57,773 bases of DNA from Patescibacteria group bacterium (GCA_020148025.1 JAHCRH010000003.1:1-57773); one strand, 5' to 3'; positions 1 through 8,891 are shown, counted from the first letter of the stretch. Notes: generated by a model from the letters alone, not told the origin. Program-made: numbers and translations.

Positions 1-2
1 GA

Positions 3-563
3 GTTTTTAAAAGAGGTTTTGACATTTTATTTTCCCTTTTTGGACTTTTAATTACTGCAATTTTGTTTCCTTTCATTGCTTTAGCAATCAAAATTGATTC
101 TCCAAGCCCTATGTTTTATTCCCAAAAAAGAGTAGGGAAGGATGGAAAAATCTTCACTATTTATAAATTCCGGACTATGAAAGCTGGTGCAGAAAAGGAA
201 GGTCCTCGGTGGGCTTCATCTGATGATCCTCGAATTACTCGAGTAGGAAAAGTTCTTAGAGCAATTTATATTGATGAATTCCCTCAATTTTATAACATTT
301 TAAAAGGAGACATCTCTTTTGTTGGGCCAAGGCCAGAAAGACCAGAATTTGTGAAGCAATTAAAAAAGAAAATTCCTTATTACGGTGTTCGCCATTTGGT
401 TAAACCTGGCTTTACCGGTTGGGCGCAAATTAACTATCATTACGGTGCCTCGGTAGAAGAGGCCAGAGAAAAACTTCAATACGATCTTTACTATATTAAA
501 AATCGTTCTTTCTTTTTGGATTTAGGAATTATTTTAAAAACCATTAAGATTATTTTTAAATAG
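3..563 (+). CDS. Undecaprenyl-phosphate sugar transferase (5' truncated by window edge)
   Basis: Frame is open from base 3 (VFKRGFDILFSL); motifs YKFRTM, DEFPQFYNILKGDISFVGPRPERP, VKPGFTGWAQIN, DLYYI. Confidence 0.92.
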   Translation, partial: VFKRGFDILFSLFGLLITAILFPFIALAIKIDSPSPMFYSQKRVGKDGKIFTIYKFRTMKAGAEKEGPRWASSDDPRITRVGKVLRAIYIDEFPQFYNILKGDISFVGPRPERPEFVKQLKKKIPYYGVRHLVKPGFTGWAQINYHYGASVEEAREKLQYDLYYIKNRSFFLDLGIILKTIKIIFK

Positions 564-607
564 GGTATTTCCCAGTGCTAAATTATTTGCTATAATAATA
601 AAAATAT

Positions 608-1351
608 ATGAATCAAGACTACAACCCACCCACCACCCTCCCGCCAGAGCGGGCCCCGGAAAAAATTCAACCAGAATATGAGGAAATAGATTTAATGGAT
701 TACGTGAAGGTGATACTTAAGAGAAAGCGATCAATTTGGGCTGTGTTTTTGGCAGCAGTGATAGCGGCTGGAGTTTTCAGTTGTGTTACGCCAAAATTTT
801 ATAAAATTGATACTTCTTTAGAAATAGGAAGGATAACAGGACAGGTGACAGAAGCTCCTTTTGAGGTAGTAGAACCACCTCAACAGTTGGTGGAGAAAAT
901 TAATAATGGTATTTATGGCTGGTTCCCAGGAATAAAAGTTAGCAATCCAACCAATACAAATTTGATAACAATTGAAGCAATTTCAAAAGAACCTCAAAAA
1001 ACTAAAAAGATTTTAGAGGAGATAAATGAATTAATTTTAGCTGAACATAACAACAAAATTAACTCTCAAAAGAATCTTTTAGAAAAAGAAATTGAGGAAT
1101 TGCAAGAAAAGATTGATTTTTTGATTTCCAAGGGTCAAGAAACAGCAATTCTTCAGCTGGAAATAAATAATCTTCAAAGACAAAAGGAAGCGCTTCAGCC
1201 CACCCAAGTAATAAGAGAACCCACCATTTCAGAAAAGCCGGTCAAACCAAAACCTGTCCTGAATATAGTTATAGCTGCTGTGTTGGGAATTTTTATTGGA
1301 ATATTTTTGGCTTTTTTCCAGGAGTGGTGGGAAAAAGCAAAAAAATCTTGA
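608..1351 (+). CDS. wzz: Wzz-family polysaccharide chain-length determinant
   Basis: EEIDLMDY at N-terminus, two TM segments, coiled coil, Pro-rich PVKPKP before the C-terminal TM. Confidence 0.8.
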   Translation: MNQDYNPPTTLPPERAPEKIQPEYEEIDLMDYVKVILKRKRSIWAVFLAAVIAAGVFSCVTPKFYKIDTSLEIGRITGQVTEAPFEVVEPPQQLVEKINNGIYGWFPGIKVSNPTNTNLITIEAISKEPQKTKKILEEINELILAEHNNKINSQKNLLEKEIEELQEKIDFLISKGQETAILQLEINNLQRQKEALQPTQVIREPTISEKPVKPKPVLNIVIAAVLGIFIGIFLAFFQEWWEKAKKS

Positions 1352-1376
1352 CAAGGTTTTTAGAATTTGCTAATAT
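1348..1376 (+). promoter_or_regulatory. Sigma70-like promoter
   Basis: TTGACA-17 bp-TAATAT. Confidence 0.6.
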
Positions 1377-1382
1377 TAAATA

Positions 1383-1454
1383 GTGAGTGTGGCCCGAAAG
1401 GGCTCCATTCTAAAGTCGGTAAAAGATCTCACTCGAGCGAGATCTTTTACTTTT
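1383..1454 (+). ncRNA. Candidate small RNA or attenuated leader
   Basis: Follows a promoter; GCCC-GAAA-GGGC hairpin, then a 12-bp stem GTAAAAGATCTC/GAGATCTTTTAC and a T run. Confidence 0.4.
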
Positions 1455-1460
1455 GGGAAT

Positions 1461-1522
1461 AAAAAAGGCCGGGAGAGTTTACTCCTATTCTAAGTCTTTA
1501 GTGAGTGCTATCCTCCCGGCCC
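1461..1522 (-). ncRNA. Candidate convergent small hairpin RNA or terminator
   Basis: GGCCGGGAG/CTCCCGGCC stem followed by T6 on the minus strand, with TGTTAAAAT extended -10-like site upstream. Confidence 0.3.
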
Positions 1523-1559
1523 AATTACATTTTAACATAGTTTTTGCTAAAATAAAATA

Positions 1560-2438
1560 ATGGACTTAAAAAAATTACTCTCTGGAGTCAAAAGAAACGT
1601 TTTGTTGAAGAACTACACAACTTTTAAGATTGGTGGTAAGGCTAGATATTTTTTTGTGGCAAAAACAAAAAAAGAAATAATCTCGGCAGTTTCAGCAGCC
1701 AAAAAATATAGTTTGCCATTTTTTATTTTGGGGAAAGGGAGTAATATTTTGGTTTCCGATGAAGAATACAAAGGATTAGTTATTAGGTTACAGGTTACAG
1801 GTTACAGGTTACAGGGGAATATGATTTATACAGAGGCTGGAACATTGTCAAGTCAGTTAGTTAATGTTGCTTTAAAAAATAATTTGACAGGTTTGGAATG
1901 GGCAATAGGAATTCCAGGAACGATTGGAGGGGCGATATGTGGAAACTCAGGGGCTTTTAGAAATTCAATGAAGGACGTTGTTAAAGGAGTGGAAGTTTAT
2001 GATGTAAAAAAAGAGAAAGTCAAAATTTTAAAAAACAAAGATTGTAGATTTAGCTATCGAGATAGTGTCTTCAAAAAAAAGAAAAATTTAATCATTCTGT
2101 CCGCAGAACTGAAATTTAAAAAAAGAAAAAAAACAGAAATCCAGAAAAAGATGAAAAAATATTTAGAACATCGGAAAAAAAATCAGCCTAATTTGCCTTC
2201 GGTAGGAAGTATTTTTAAAAATCCTCAAGGTTCTTCAGCTGGAGAATTAATCGAAAAATGTAATTTGAAAGGAAAAAAGATTGGCAAAGCTCAGATTTCA
2301 AAAAAACATGCAAATTTTATTTTAAATTTAGGTGGAGCTTCAGCCAACGATGTTAAAAAATTAATAAAATTAATAAAACAAAAAGTAAAAAGTAGTTTTG
2401 GAATAAAATTGGAAGAGGAAATACAGTATTTACCATAA
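1560..2438 (+). CDS. murB: UDP-N-acetylenolpyruvoylglucosamine reductase
   Basis: TTFKIGG, LGKGSNILV, GIPGTIGGA, SVGSIFKNP, KHANFILN. Confidence 0.96.
   Translation: MDLKKLLSGVKRNVLLKNYTTFKIGGKARYFFVAKTKKEIISAVSAAKKYSLPFFILGKGSNILVSDEEYKGLVIRLQVTGYRLQGNMIYTEAGTLSSQLVNVALKNNLTGLEWAIGIPGTIGGAICGNSGAFRNSMKDVVKGVEVYDVKKEKVKILKNKDCRFSYRDSVFKKKKNLIILSAELKFKKRKKTEIQKKMKKYLEHRKKNQPNLPSVGSIFKNPQGSSAGELIEKCNLKGKKIGKAQISKKHANFILNLGGASANDVKKLIKLIKQKVKSSFGIKLEEEIQYLP
1785..1815 (+). repeat. (AGGTTAC)x4 heptamer tandem repeat inside murB
   Basis: Read directly; encodes RLQVTGYRLQ. Confidence 0.95.
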
Positions 2439-2440
2439 AA

Positions 2441-2468
2441 TTTCTAATTTCTAATTTCTAATTTCTAA
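2441..2468 (+). repeat. (TTTCTAA)x4 intergenic heptamer repeat
   Basis: Read directly just after the murB stop. Confidence 0.95.
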
Positions 2469-2597
2469 AAATTACTTATTCACACTTGACAAACTTTCTT
2501 AAAGTGAAAAAATAAAGTAATAAAAAAGTTTTTTAAAATTTTTGCAAATAGCGGTCGACTGTTTGCTCAAAATTTTTTAAATAATTTGCTCAAGTAA

Positions 2598-2657
2598 ATG
2601 GCAAAGAAAAAAACAAAAAAGAAAAAAGCAAAAAAGAGAAGAAGTTGCTGCAGATAA
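2598..2657 (+). CDS. Small basic peptide MAKKKTKKKKAKKRRSCCR (19 aa)
   Basis: Manual translation ATG..TAA; below the ORF-track cutoff. Confidence 0.5.
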   Translation: MAKKKTKKKKAKKRRSCCR

Positions 2658-2686
2658 CCAATTTTATTATTTGAGCACCAATTTAA

Positions 2687-2788
2687 ATGGTTAAAAGAAG
2701 AAAAGCAAAGAAGAAAAAGAAAGCAAAGAAGAAAAAGAAGGCAAAGAAGAGAAAGAAGAGAAAGAAGAGAAAGAAGAGAAAGAGATAA
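2687..2788 (+). CDS. Small Lys/Arg-rich protamine- or H1-like peptide (33 aa)
   Basis: Manual translation MVKRRKAKKKKKAKKKKKAKKRKKRKKRKKRKR, ATG..TAA. Confidence 0.6.
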   Translation: MVKRRKAKKKKKAKKKKKAKKRKKRKKRKKRKR

Positions 2789-2797
2789 AGCTTTCTT

Positions 2798-2907
2798 ACC
2801 CCGCCTCTTAAGCTCGTGGGAAAACTTGTAAAATTTCTAAAACAAGAAATAGTTTAGTTCAAATTAAATATTTCAATGAGCACAGGAGGCGGGGTCTTGT
2901 TTTTTTT
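2798..2907 (+). terminator. Long stem-loop closed by ACCCCGCCTC/GAGGCGGGGT, followed by a T tract
   Basis: 10-bp GC-rich closing stem, inner GCTCGT/ATGAGC pairing, T run downstream. Confidence 0.55.
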
Positions 2908-2973
2908 AAATAACTTTGTTAATATTTAGAGATATTAACATTTTTTTTATGAAAATTATTATAAAAACTAAAA

Positions 2974-3086
2974 GTCGCGGCACGCGACGGTCGCTTCCGC
3001 GACCGCGCTAACACCGCTCCTTAAAACCCCTCGGTTTTAATCTTTCCGCCACGGGAAAACACTCAGTTTTCCCGACCCCTTTCTAA
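2974..3086 (+). mobile_element. ~113 nt multi-hairpin repeat (MITE-like), copy 1
   Basis: Close copy at 18784-18897; four hairpins; hpf start region duplicated upstream. Confidence 0.75.
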
Positions 3087-3097
3087 TTTTTATTTTT

Positions 3098-3544
3098 ATG
3101 AAAATCGTCATAAAAACTAAAAACGTAGAATTAACCCAAGCTCTTAAAAAATATATTCAAGAAAAATTCAATTCACTTGAAAAATTTTTGCAAATTTTTC
3201 AAGAAGAAAAATATTTTAATCATTTCTTTGGAAAGGGAAAACCAAGAGTTGAGCTCTGGGTAGAGATCGGGAAGGAAACTTTACATCATCAAAAAGGACC
3301 ATTCTTTTGGGCAGAATGCCAGATGAGATTTCCTGGCAAAAGTCTGAGGGCAACTGCTCGTTTAAAGGATTTAAAGTTAGCAATAGTTGAAGTCAAAGAC
3401 GAATTACAGCGACAACTAAAAAAATACAAAGAAAAAATAACAACTAAAGATAAAAGAAAACAAAGAGTTTTTAAAAAGACATTGAAGATTTCTCCCTCAG
3501 CCAGGTTTTATAGAAAAGGGAGGATAAGAGAAGAAGGGGTTTAA
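3098..3544 (+). CDS. hpf: Ribosome hibernation factor HPF/RaiA
   Basis: MKIVIKTKNVELTQALKKYIQEK N-terminus, AIVEVKDELQRQLKKYK. Confidence 0.88.
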   Translation: MKIVIKTKNVELTQALKKYIQEKFNSLEKFLQIFQEEKYFNHFFGKGKPRVELWVEIGKETLHHQKGPFFWAECQMRFPGKSLRATARLKDLKLAIVEVKDELQRQLKKYKEKITTKDKRKQRVFKKTLKISPSARFYRKGRIREEGV

Positions 3545-3549
3545 ATAAA

Positions 3550-3921
3550 ATGAAAAAAGTCAAAAATAAAAGAACTTATGGGAAAGAATTGATTATGGAT
3601 TTGTTTGATTGCGACCCCAAAATTATTCGTTCTAAGAAAAAAATTTTGGAATACTCAAATCGGCTTTGTGATTTGATAAAAGTTAAGAAGTATGGTAAGC
3701 CAATTATAGAAAGATTTGGTTTTGGAAAAGATTTTACTGCTGGTTTCTCTTTAGTTCAACTGATAGAGTCAAGCTCTGTTACCTGCCATTTTTCTGAACT
3801 CTGGAATAGAGCTTTCATTAATATTTTTTCTTGTAAACTATTTAACGACAAAAAGGCGACAGACTTTACAAAAAAATTTTTTAATGCTAAAAGGATAAAA
3901 AATAGAGTAATTATTAGATAA
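3550..3921 (+). CDS. S-adenosylmethionine decarboxylase family protein (divergent paralog)
   Basis: YGKELIMDL, GFSLVQLIESSSVTCHF, FINIFSC. Confidence 0.85.
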   Translation: MKKVKNKRTYGKELIMDLFDCDPKIIRSKKKILEYSNRLCDLIKVKKYGKPIIERFGFGKDFTAGFSLVQLIESSSVTCHFSELWNRAFINIFSCKLFNDKKATDFTKKFFNAKRIKNRVIIR

Positions 3922-3926
3922 TCGCA

Positions 3927-4081
3927 GCAATCGCTTTTTTCTCTCTTTGTTTTTTCTTGATGGAGTTAATAAAAACTTTATCAAGATCGTTTTAAAAGCC
4001 TGAAGCTTTTAAAGCAGTTCCGTTTCTATCTAAATTAAGGAGAGCGGAACGCTCCACAAAGCTGTGGGGTAAAGCGATTGT
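3927..4081 (+). promoter_or_regulatory. Candidate structured cis-regulatory RNA upstream of speD
   Basis: Closing stem GCAATCGCTTT/AAAGCGATTGT encloses four hairpins and ends next to the AGGGAG RBS. Confidence 0.55.
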
Positions 4082-4089
4082 AGGGAGAT

Positions 4090-4488
4090 ATGGTCCAGAA
4101 AACAAAGAGATCCAGAAAATGGATCCTGACCAAAGAAACAAATTTAAATTACGCTGGCATTCACTTGATTGCCGAATTTTGGAATGGAAAAATTATTGAA
4201 AATCCAAAAGAGATTGAGAATATTTTAGTTGAGGCGGTAAAGAAATCCAAGAATACTCCTTTACAAGTGGCAATTCAAAAATTTTCACCTCAGGGAATAA
4301 CTGGGGTTGTTTTATTGGCCGAATCCCATATTGCCTTACACGCCTGGCCGGAAATAAATTATCTAGCGATCGATATTTTTACCTGCGGAGACAAAGCCAT
4401 GCCCCACAAAGCCCTCGAATATTTAAAAAAGAAATTCCAACCCAAAAAAATTAAAGTTCAGGAAATAAAAAGAGGACTGGCGTCATGA
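4090..4488 (+). CDS. speD: S-adenosylmethionine decarboxylase proenzyme
   Basis: GIHLIAEF, FSPQGITGVVLLAESHIALHAWPE, IDIFTCG. Confidence 0.95.
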   Translation: MVQKTKRSRKWILTKETNLNYAGIHLIAEFWNGKIIENPKEIENILVEAVKKSKNTPLQVAIQKFSPQGITGVVLLAESHIALHAWPEINYLAIDIFTCGDKAMPHKALEYLKKKFQPKKIKVQEIKRGLAS

Positions 4489-5441
4489 ACCCCGTTAAAA
4501 ATCGAAAAAAACAAAAAAGAGAAAGCTTAAATCCGCGTATTTCTAACGGGGTGAAGAAAAATTTCTGGATTTTTAAAAAAAATCAATGGTTTTTTGAAGA
4601 AGAAGTACCTTTTGATGAATCTGAGATTGTGATTGGGATAAAAGTAAAGAGAAGATTATATTCTGTTAAATCTCCTTATCAAAAAATTGAGTTTTTTGAT
4701 ACTTCTGGTTTTGGTAGGATTTTAGTTTTGGATGGAATTTTGCAGACCTCTGAAAAAGACGAATTTATCTATCATGAAATGCTCTGTCAAGTTCCAATGT
4801 TTTACCATCCTAATCCTCAAAAAGTTTTAATTATTGGAGGAGGAGACGGAGGGGCATTGGAAGAGGTCTTGAAACATCCGGTAGAAAAAGTCTGGGTGGT
4901 GGAAATTGATGAAAAAGTAATTCGATATTGTAAAAAATATCTTTCCTCGATTTCTAAAAAAGCTTTTGAAGATAAAAGGGCAGAGATTATTATTGGGGAT
5001 GGTAAAAAGTTCATAAAAAAATACAAAAATTTTTTTGATATAATAATCCTTGATCTTTCAGATCCCTTAGGTCCAGCTAAAGATCTTATCAGTTTGAAGT
5101 TTTATAAAGATGTTAAGAGATCTCTGAAAGAAAGAGGAGTGGTTTCTATTCAAAGCGGGTCTTTAACTTGTCAGCCAAAGCTAGTGGCAATTATTTACAA
5201 AAGAATGAAAAATATTTTCCCTTATGTTAAAATTCATCGAGCTGTTATTCCTTCTTATCAAGCTGGAGAGTATAGTTTTACAGTAGCATCCAAGCTTAAT
5301 TTAAATTACAGTTTAGCTGCCAAAAAAAAGTTAGAAAAAAGATTTAAAAAACTAAAATTTAGTCTTCGATACTGGTCTCCTGAAATTCATTTTTCTTCAG
5401 CAATTTTACCAAAAAATTTACAGAAAAAGATTGAAAAGTAA
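4485..5441 (+). CDS. speE: Polyamine aminopropyltransferase (spermidine synthase)
   Basis: LDGILQ, DEFIYHEML, VLIIGGGDGG, VEID, DLSDP. Confidence 0.96.
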   Translation: MNPVKNRKKQKRESLNPRISNGVKKNFWIFKKNQWFFEEEVPFDESEIVIGIKVKRRLYSVKSPYQKIEFFDTSGFGRILVLDGILQTSEKDEFIYHEMLCQVPMFYHPNPQKVLIIGGGDGGALEEVLKHPVEKVWVVEIDEKVIRYCKKYLSSISKKAFEDKRAEIIIGDGKKFIKKYKNFFDIIILDLSDPLGPAKDLISLKFYKDVKRSLKERGVVSIQSGSLTCQPKLVAIIYKRMKNIFPYVKIHRAVIPSYQAGEYSFTVASKLNLNYSLAAKKKLEKRFKKLKFSLRYWSPEIHFSSAILPKNLQKKIEK

Positions 5442-5559
5442 TTATTCCTTATTCTAATTTTTAAAAACAGCCAAAGTGGCCGTTTTTTCTTTTAAAAAAG
5501 CTAAATTTTCTGTATAATTTAAGCAAAGCAAAAATTATAAAGCATAATTAAGATTTAAT

Positions 5560-8034
5560 ATGTCGATTTTGAATAAAATTTTCGGCGATGCTAATAAAAA
5601 ATATTTGAAGAAAATTCGGCCTTTGGTTGATAAAATAAATGACCTCGAAAAAGATTTCGAGAATTTTTCTAACGAAAAGATAAAAGAAAGAACCCTTGAA
5701 TTTAAAGAAAGGTTAAAAAGGGGCGAAACTCTCGAGGATTTATTACCCGAGGCCTTTGCCTTAGTTAGGGAGGCAGCTAAAAGAACACTTGGTCAAAGAC
5801 ATTATGATTGCCAGTTAATGGGAGGAATAGTTTTGCACCAGGGAAAAATTGCCCAGATGCTAACCGGGGAAGGAAAAACCTTAGCTGCTACCCTGCCCTT
5901 ATATTTAAATGCTCTAACCGGAAAAGGCTGCCACTTAGTAACTGTTAATGACTATTTAGCCAGACGTGATACTGTCTGGATGGGACAGATTTATCATCTA
6001 TTGGGTTTGTCGGTTGGATGCCTGAATCATGAGCAATCCTTTTTATATGACCCGGATTATAAAAAACCGCCGGAGGAAGAGGATAGAATCCGAGATGAAT
6101 TAGGTTCATTTTATGTAGTTGAGGATTTTTTGCGGCCCTGCCAAAGATTAGAGGCCTATCTGGCTGATATTACCTATGGAACAAATAATGAGTTTGGTTT
6201 TGATTATTTAAGAGATAACATGGTCTATGGTTTAAAAGACCGAGTTCAACGGGAATTCAATTATGCCATTATAGACGAAATAGATTTTCTCTTAATTGAT
6301 GAGGCCAGAACTCCTTTGATTATTTCAGCTCCAGATAGAGAGAGCTCAAAATGGTATGGAGAGTTCGCCAGAATAATTCCCAAATTAGATTCTAAATCAG
6401 ATTACGAAATTGATGAAAAAATGAGAGTTGTTACCTTAACTGAAGGAGGGATTTCAAAAATAGAAAAAACTTTAGGGATGAAAAATATCTATACCGAGCG
6501 GGGGATAAGATATTTGCATCATTTGGAGCAGGCCCTGAGAGCTCAAACTCTATTTAAAAAAGATAAAGATTACATAGTGAAAGATGGAAAAGTTATCATT
6601 GTCGACGAATTTACGGGAAGATTAATGCCGGGAAGAAGATGGTCAGGAGGTTTACATCAGGCAGTTGAGGCCAAAGAGAGAGTTCAGATTCAACCTGAGT
6701 CAATGACTTTAGCTACCGTCACTTTTCAAAATTTCTTCCGTCTTTACAAAAAATTGGCTGGAATGACAGGTACGGCCGTTGCTTCGGCTGAGGAGTTTGA
6801 TAAGGTTTATAAGTTAGAAGTAATTTGCATTCCAACTAATGAGCCAATGATAAGAAAGGCTCTGCCCGATCGATTCTATAAAACCGAAAAAGGGAAATTT
6901 AAGGCAGTAGTTAGAGAAATTAAGGAAAGGTATCAAAAAAGCCAGCCAGTTTTAGTTGGCACAAGGTCAGTTGAAAAAAACGAATATCTGGGAAAATTAT
7001 TAGAAAGAGAAGGGATTCCCCATCAAATTTTAAATGCCAAGCATCATGAAAGGGAAGGACAAATTATTGCCCAGGCAGGAAAATTGGAAGCAGTAACCAT
7101 TGCCACAAATATGGCTGGTAGGGGAGTAGATATAATTTTGGGAGGAAATCCTCAAAATCCTGCAGAAGCTGAAAAAGTGATTGACTTGGATGGCCTCCAT
7201 GTTATTGGAACTGAAAGGCACGAGGCCAGAAGGATTGATAATCAATTACGGGGAAGATCAGGAAGGCAGGGAGATCCAGGATCTAGCCAATTTTTTGTTT
7301 CTTTAGAAGATGATTTATTAAGGATTTTTGGCGGTGATAGAATAAAATCTTTGATGGAAATTTTAAAAATTCCCGAAGATCAGCCAATTGAAACAAAGCT
7401 CATTTCAGGGGCAATTGAATCTGCCCAGGCCAGAATTGAGGGTTTTCATTTTGATGCCAGGTCGCACCTTTTAGAATATGATGATGTGATGAATAAGCAC
7501 CGAGAAATTTTTTATAAAAAAAGGAGAGAATTTCTTAAGGCATCTTTGTCAGAATTGAAAGAAAAAGTTTTGGGAATTGTAAAAAAGACAGGTTATTCAG
7601 GAGAGGATTTTGAGAAAAAAGAAAAGGAGATTGGATCTGAGAAATTTTTAAAGGCTATTCGATTTCTCTGTCTTCGAATTTTAAATTTTTATTGGATTAA
7701 TCATTTAGCTGAGATGGAATCTTTAAGAGATAAAGTGAGGCTGAGGGCTTATGGTAGACTTGATCCTTTAGTGGAATATAAAAATGAGGGATATAAGATG
7801 TTTCAAAGATTACTAACAGCTGTTGAGTCGGCAATAGCCCAAACAGTCTTTAGAATTAAAACAGTAAGAGAGCCAGCAAAAGTCGTTCCGTCAACATCCA
7901 CCAATATGACCCAAGTTCAACGGCCGTCGAAATCGCACTATAGGAAGGATAAAGCGAAGGTTGGCCGAAACGACCCTTGCCCTTGTGGTTCTGGTAAAAA
8001 ATACAAAAAATGTTGTTGGCCCAAATACGGATAA
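5560..8034 (+). CDS. secA: Preprotein translocase ATPase SecA
   Basis: TGEGKT, VTVNDYLA, GTERHEARRIDNQLRGRSGRQGDPG, C-terminal SEC-C motif. Confidence 0.99.
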   Translation: MSILNKIFGDANKKYLKKIRPLVDKINDLEKDFENFSNEKIKERTLEFKERLKRGETLEDLLPEAFALVREAAKRTLGQRHYDCQLMGGIVLHQGKIAQMLTGEGKTLAATLPLYLNALTGKGCHLVTVNDYLARRDTVWMGQIYHLLGLSVGCLNHEQSFLYDPDYKKPPEEEDRIRDELGSFYVVEDFLRPCQRLEAYLADITYGTNNEFGFDYLRDNMVYGLKDRVQREFNYAIIDEIDFLLIDEARTPLIISAPDRESSKWYGEFARIIPKLDSKSDYEIDEKMRVVTLTEGGISKIEKTLGMKNIYTERGIRYLHHLEQALRAQTLFKKDKDYIVKDGKVIIVDEFTGRLMPGRRWSGGLHQAVEAKERVQIQPESMTLATVTFQNFFRLYKKLAGMTGTAVASAEEFDKVYKLEVICIPTNEPMIRKALPDRFYKTEKGKFKAVVREIKERYQKSQPVLVGTRSVEKNEYLGKLLEREGIPHQILNAKHHEREGQIIAQAGKLEAVTIATNMAGRGVDIILGGNPQNPAEAEKVIDLDGLHVIGTERHEARRIDNQLRGRSGRQGDPGSSQFFVSLEDDLLRIFGGDRIKSLMEILKIPEDQPIETKLISGAIESAQARIEGFHFDARSHLLEYDDVMNKHREIFYKKRREFLKASLSELKEKVLGIVKKTGYSGEDFEKKEKEIGSEKFLKAIRFLCLRILNFYWINHLAEMESLRDKVRLRAYGRLDPLVEYKNEGYKMFQRLLTAVESAIAQTVFRIKTVREPAKVVPSTSTNMTQVQRPSKSHYRKDKAKVGRNDPCPCGSGKKYKKCCWPKYG

Positions 8035-8115
8035 GAACAAAACGCATTTGCTTGACAGATTGAATTTTTGGTATTATAATCAATTATAATAGTTCTTTGA
8101 CAAAGGTGATAAGAG

Positions 8116-8778
8116 ATGAGAGGCAGAAAAAGTTTGATAAAGATTTGGAGGAGGTTTTTCCCTAAAAAAGAAGAAGTGAGGCCAGAAAAAACGGTTATTC
8201 TTATCGATGGAGAGAATCTTCATAAGTCTCTGAAAATCGATCTTGGAGGACTGGAAATAAACGATTTTGAAGAATTCAAAAAGCGCTTGCTGACAGAAAG
8301 AGAAGAATTAACTGGACCGCCAGTTTACTACACCAGTGTGACTAGTGCGGATAAGGAAAAGCCTAGGAAAATTTTAAGACTCTTTGCTCGTTTAGCTGAC
8401 GCAGGATATGAAGTTAAATCTAAGCCACTTCCAAAAGGGAAGGAGCCCAAAAGCGAGATTGACCCCTGGGTTAGCGATGGCATTTATCGCTGCGCCGTAG
8501 ATAAAAATACTTCAACCATTATCCTTGTATCTGGTGATCATCATTTTGTACCGGCGGTAGAGTTTGCTAAAGAAAGAGGAAAGAAAGTAAAGGTGGTGAG
8601 TACGGCAGCTTCGCTTTCTGCTGAGCTTAAAAACGCGAGTGATGAATGGATAGATCTCGAGCAGGTAGTAACTGGAATAACTCAGAAATCGAGAATAGAA
8701 GAGAAGCGAGAACAAGCCCTTGAAAAACTTAATAGAGGGAAAAGAATAACCTTGTCTACTTTTGAAGAAAGTCCATAG
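8116..8778 (+). CDS. NYN-domain (LabA/DUF88, PIN-like) protein
   Basis: ILIDGENL, ILVSGDHHF, SAELKNASDEWIDL; own TTGACA..TATAAT promoter and AAGGTG RBS. Confidence 0.85.
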   Translation: MRGRKSLIKIWRRFFPKKEEVRPEKTVILIDGENLHKSLKIDLGGLEINDFEEFKKRLLTEREELTGPPVYYTSVTSADKEKPRKILRLFARLADAGYEVKSKPLPKGKEPKSEIDPWVSDGIYRCAVDKNTSTIILVSGDHHFVPAVEFAKERGKKVKVVSTAASLSAELKNASDEWIDLEQVVTGITQKSRIEEKREQALEKLNRGKRITLSTFEESP

Positions 8779-8891
8779 GAGATGAAAAAATTTCATCTCT
8801 TTTTATTTAAAATATTGACTAGTTTTTAAAAATATGGTAAGAAAAAATTAGGAGGTTTGTTCTACAGCTCTTTAGAAAAAGGTGATAGTTG

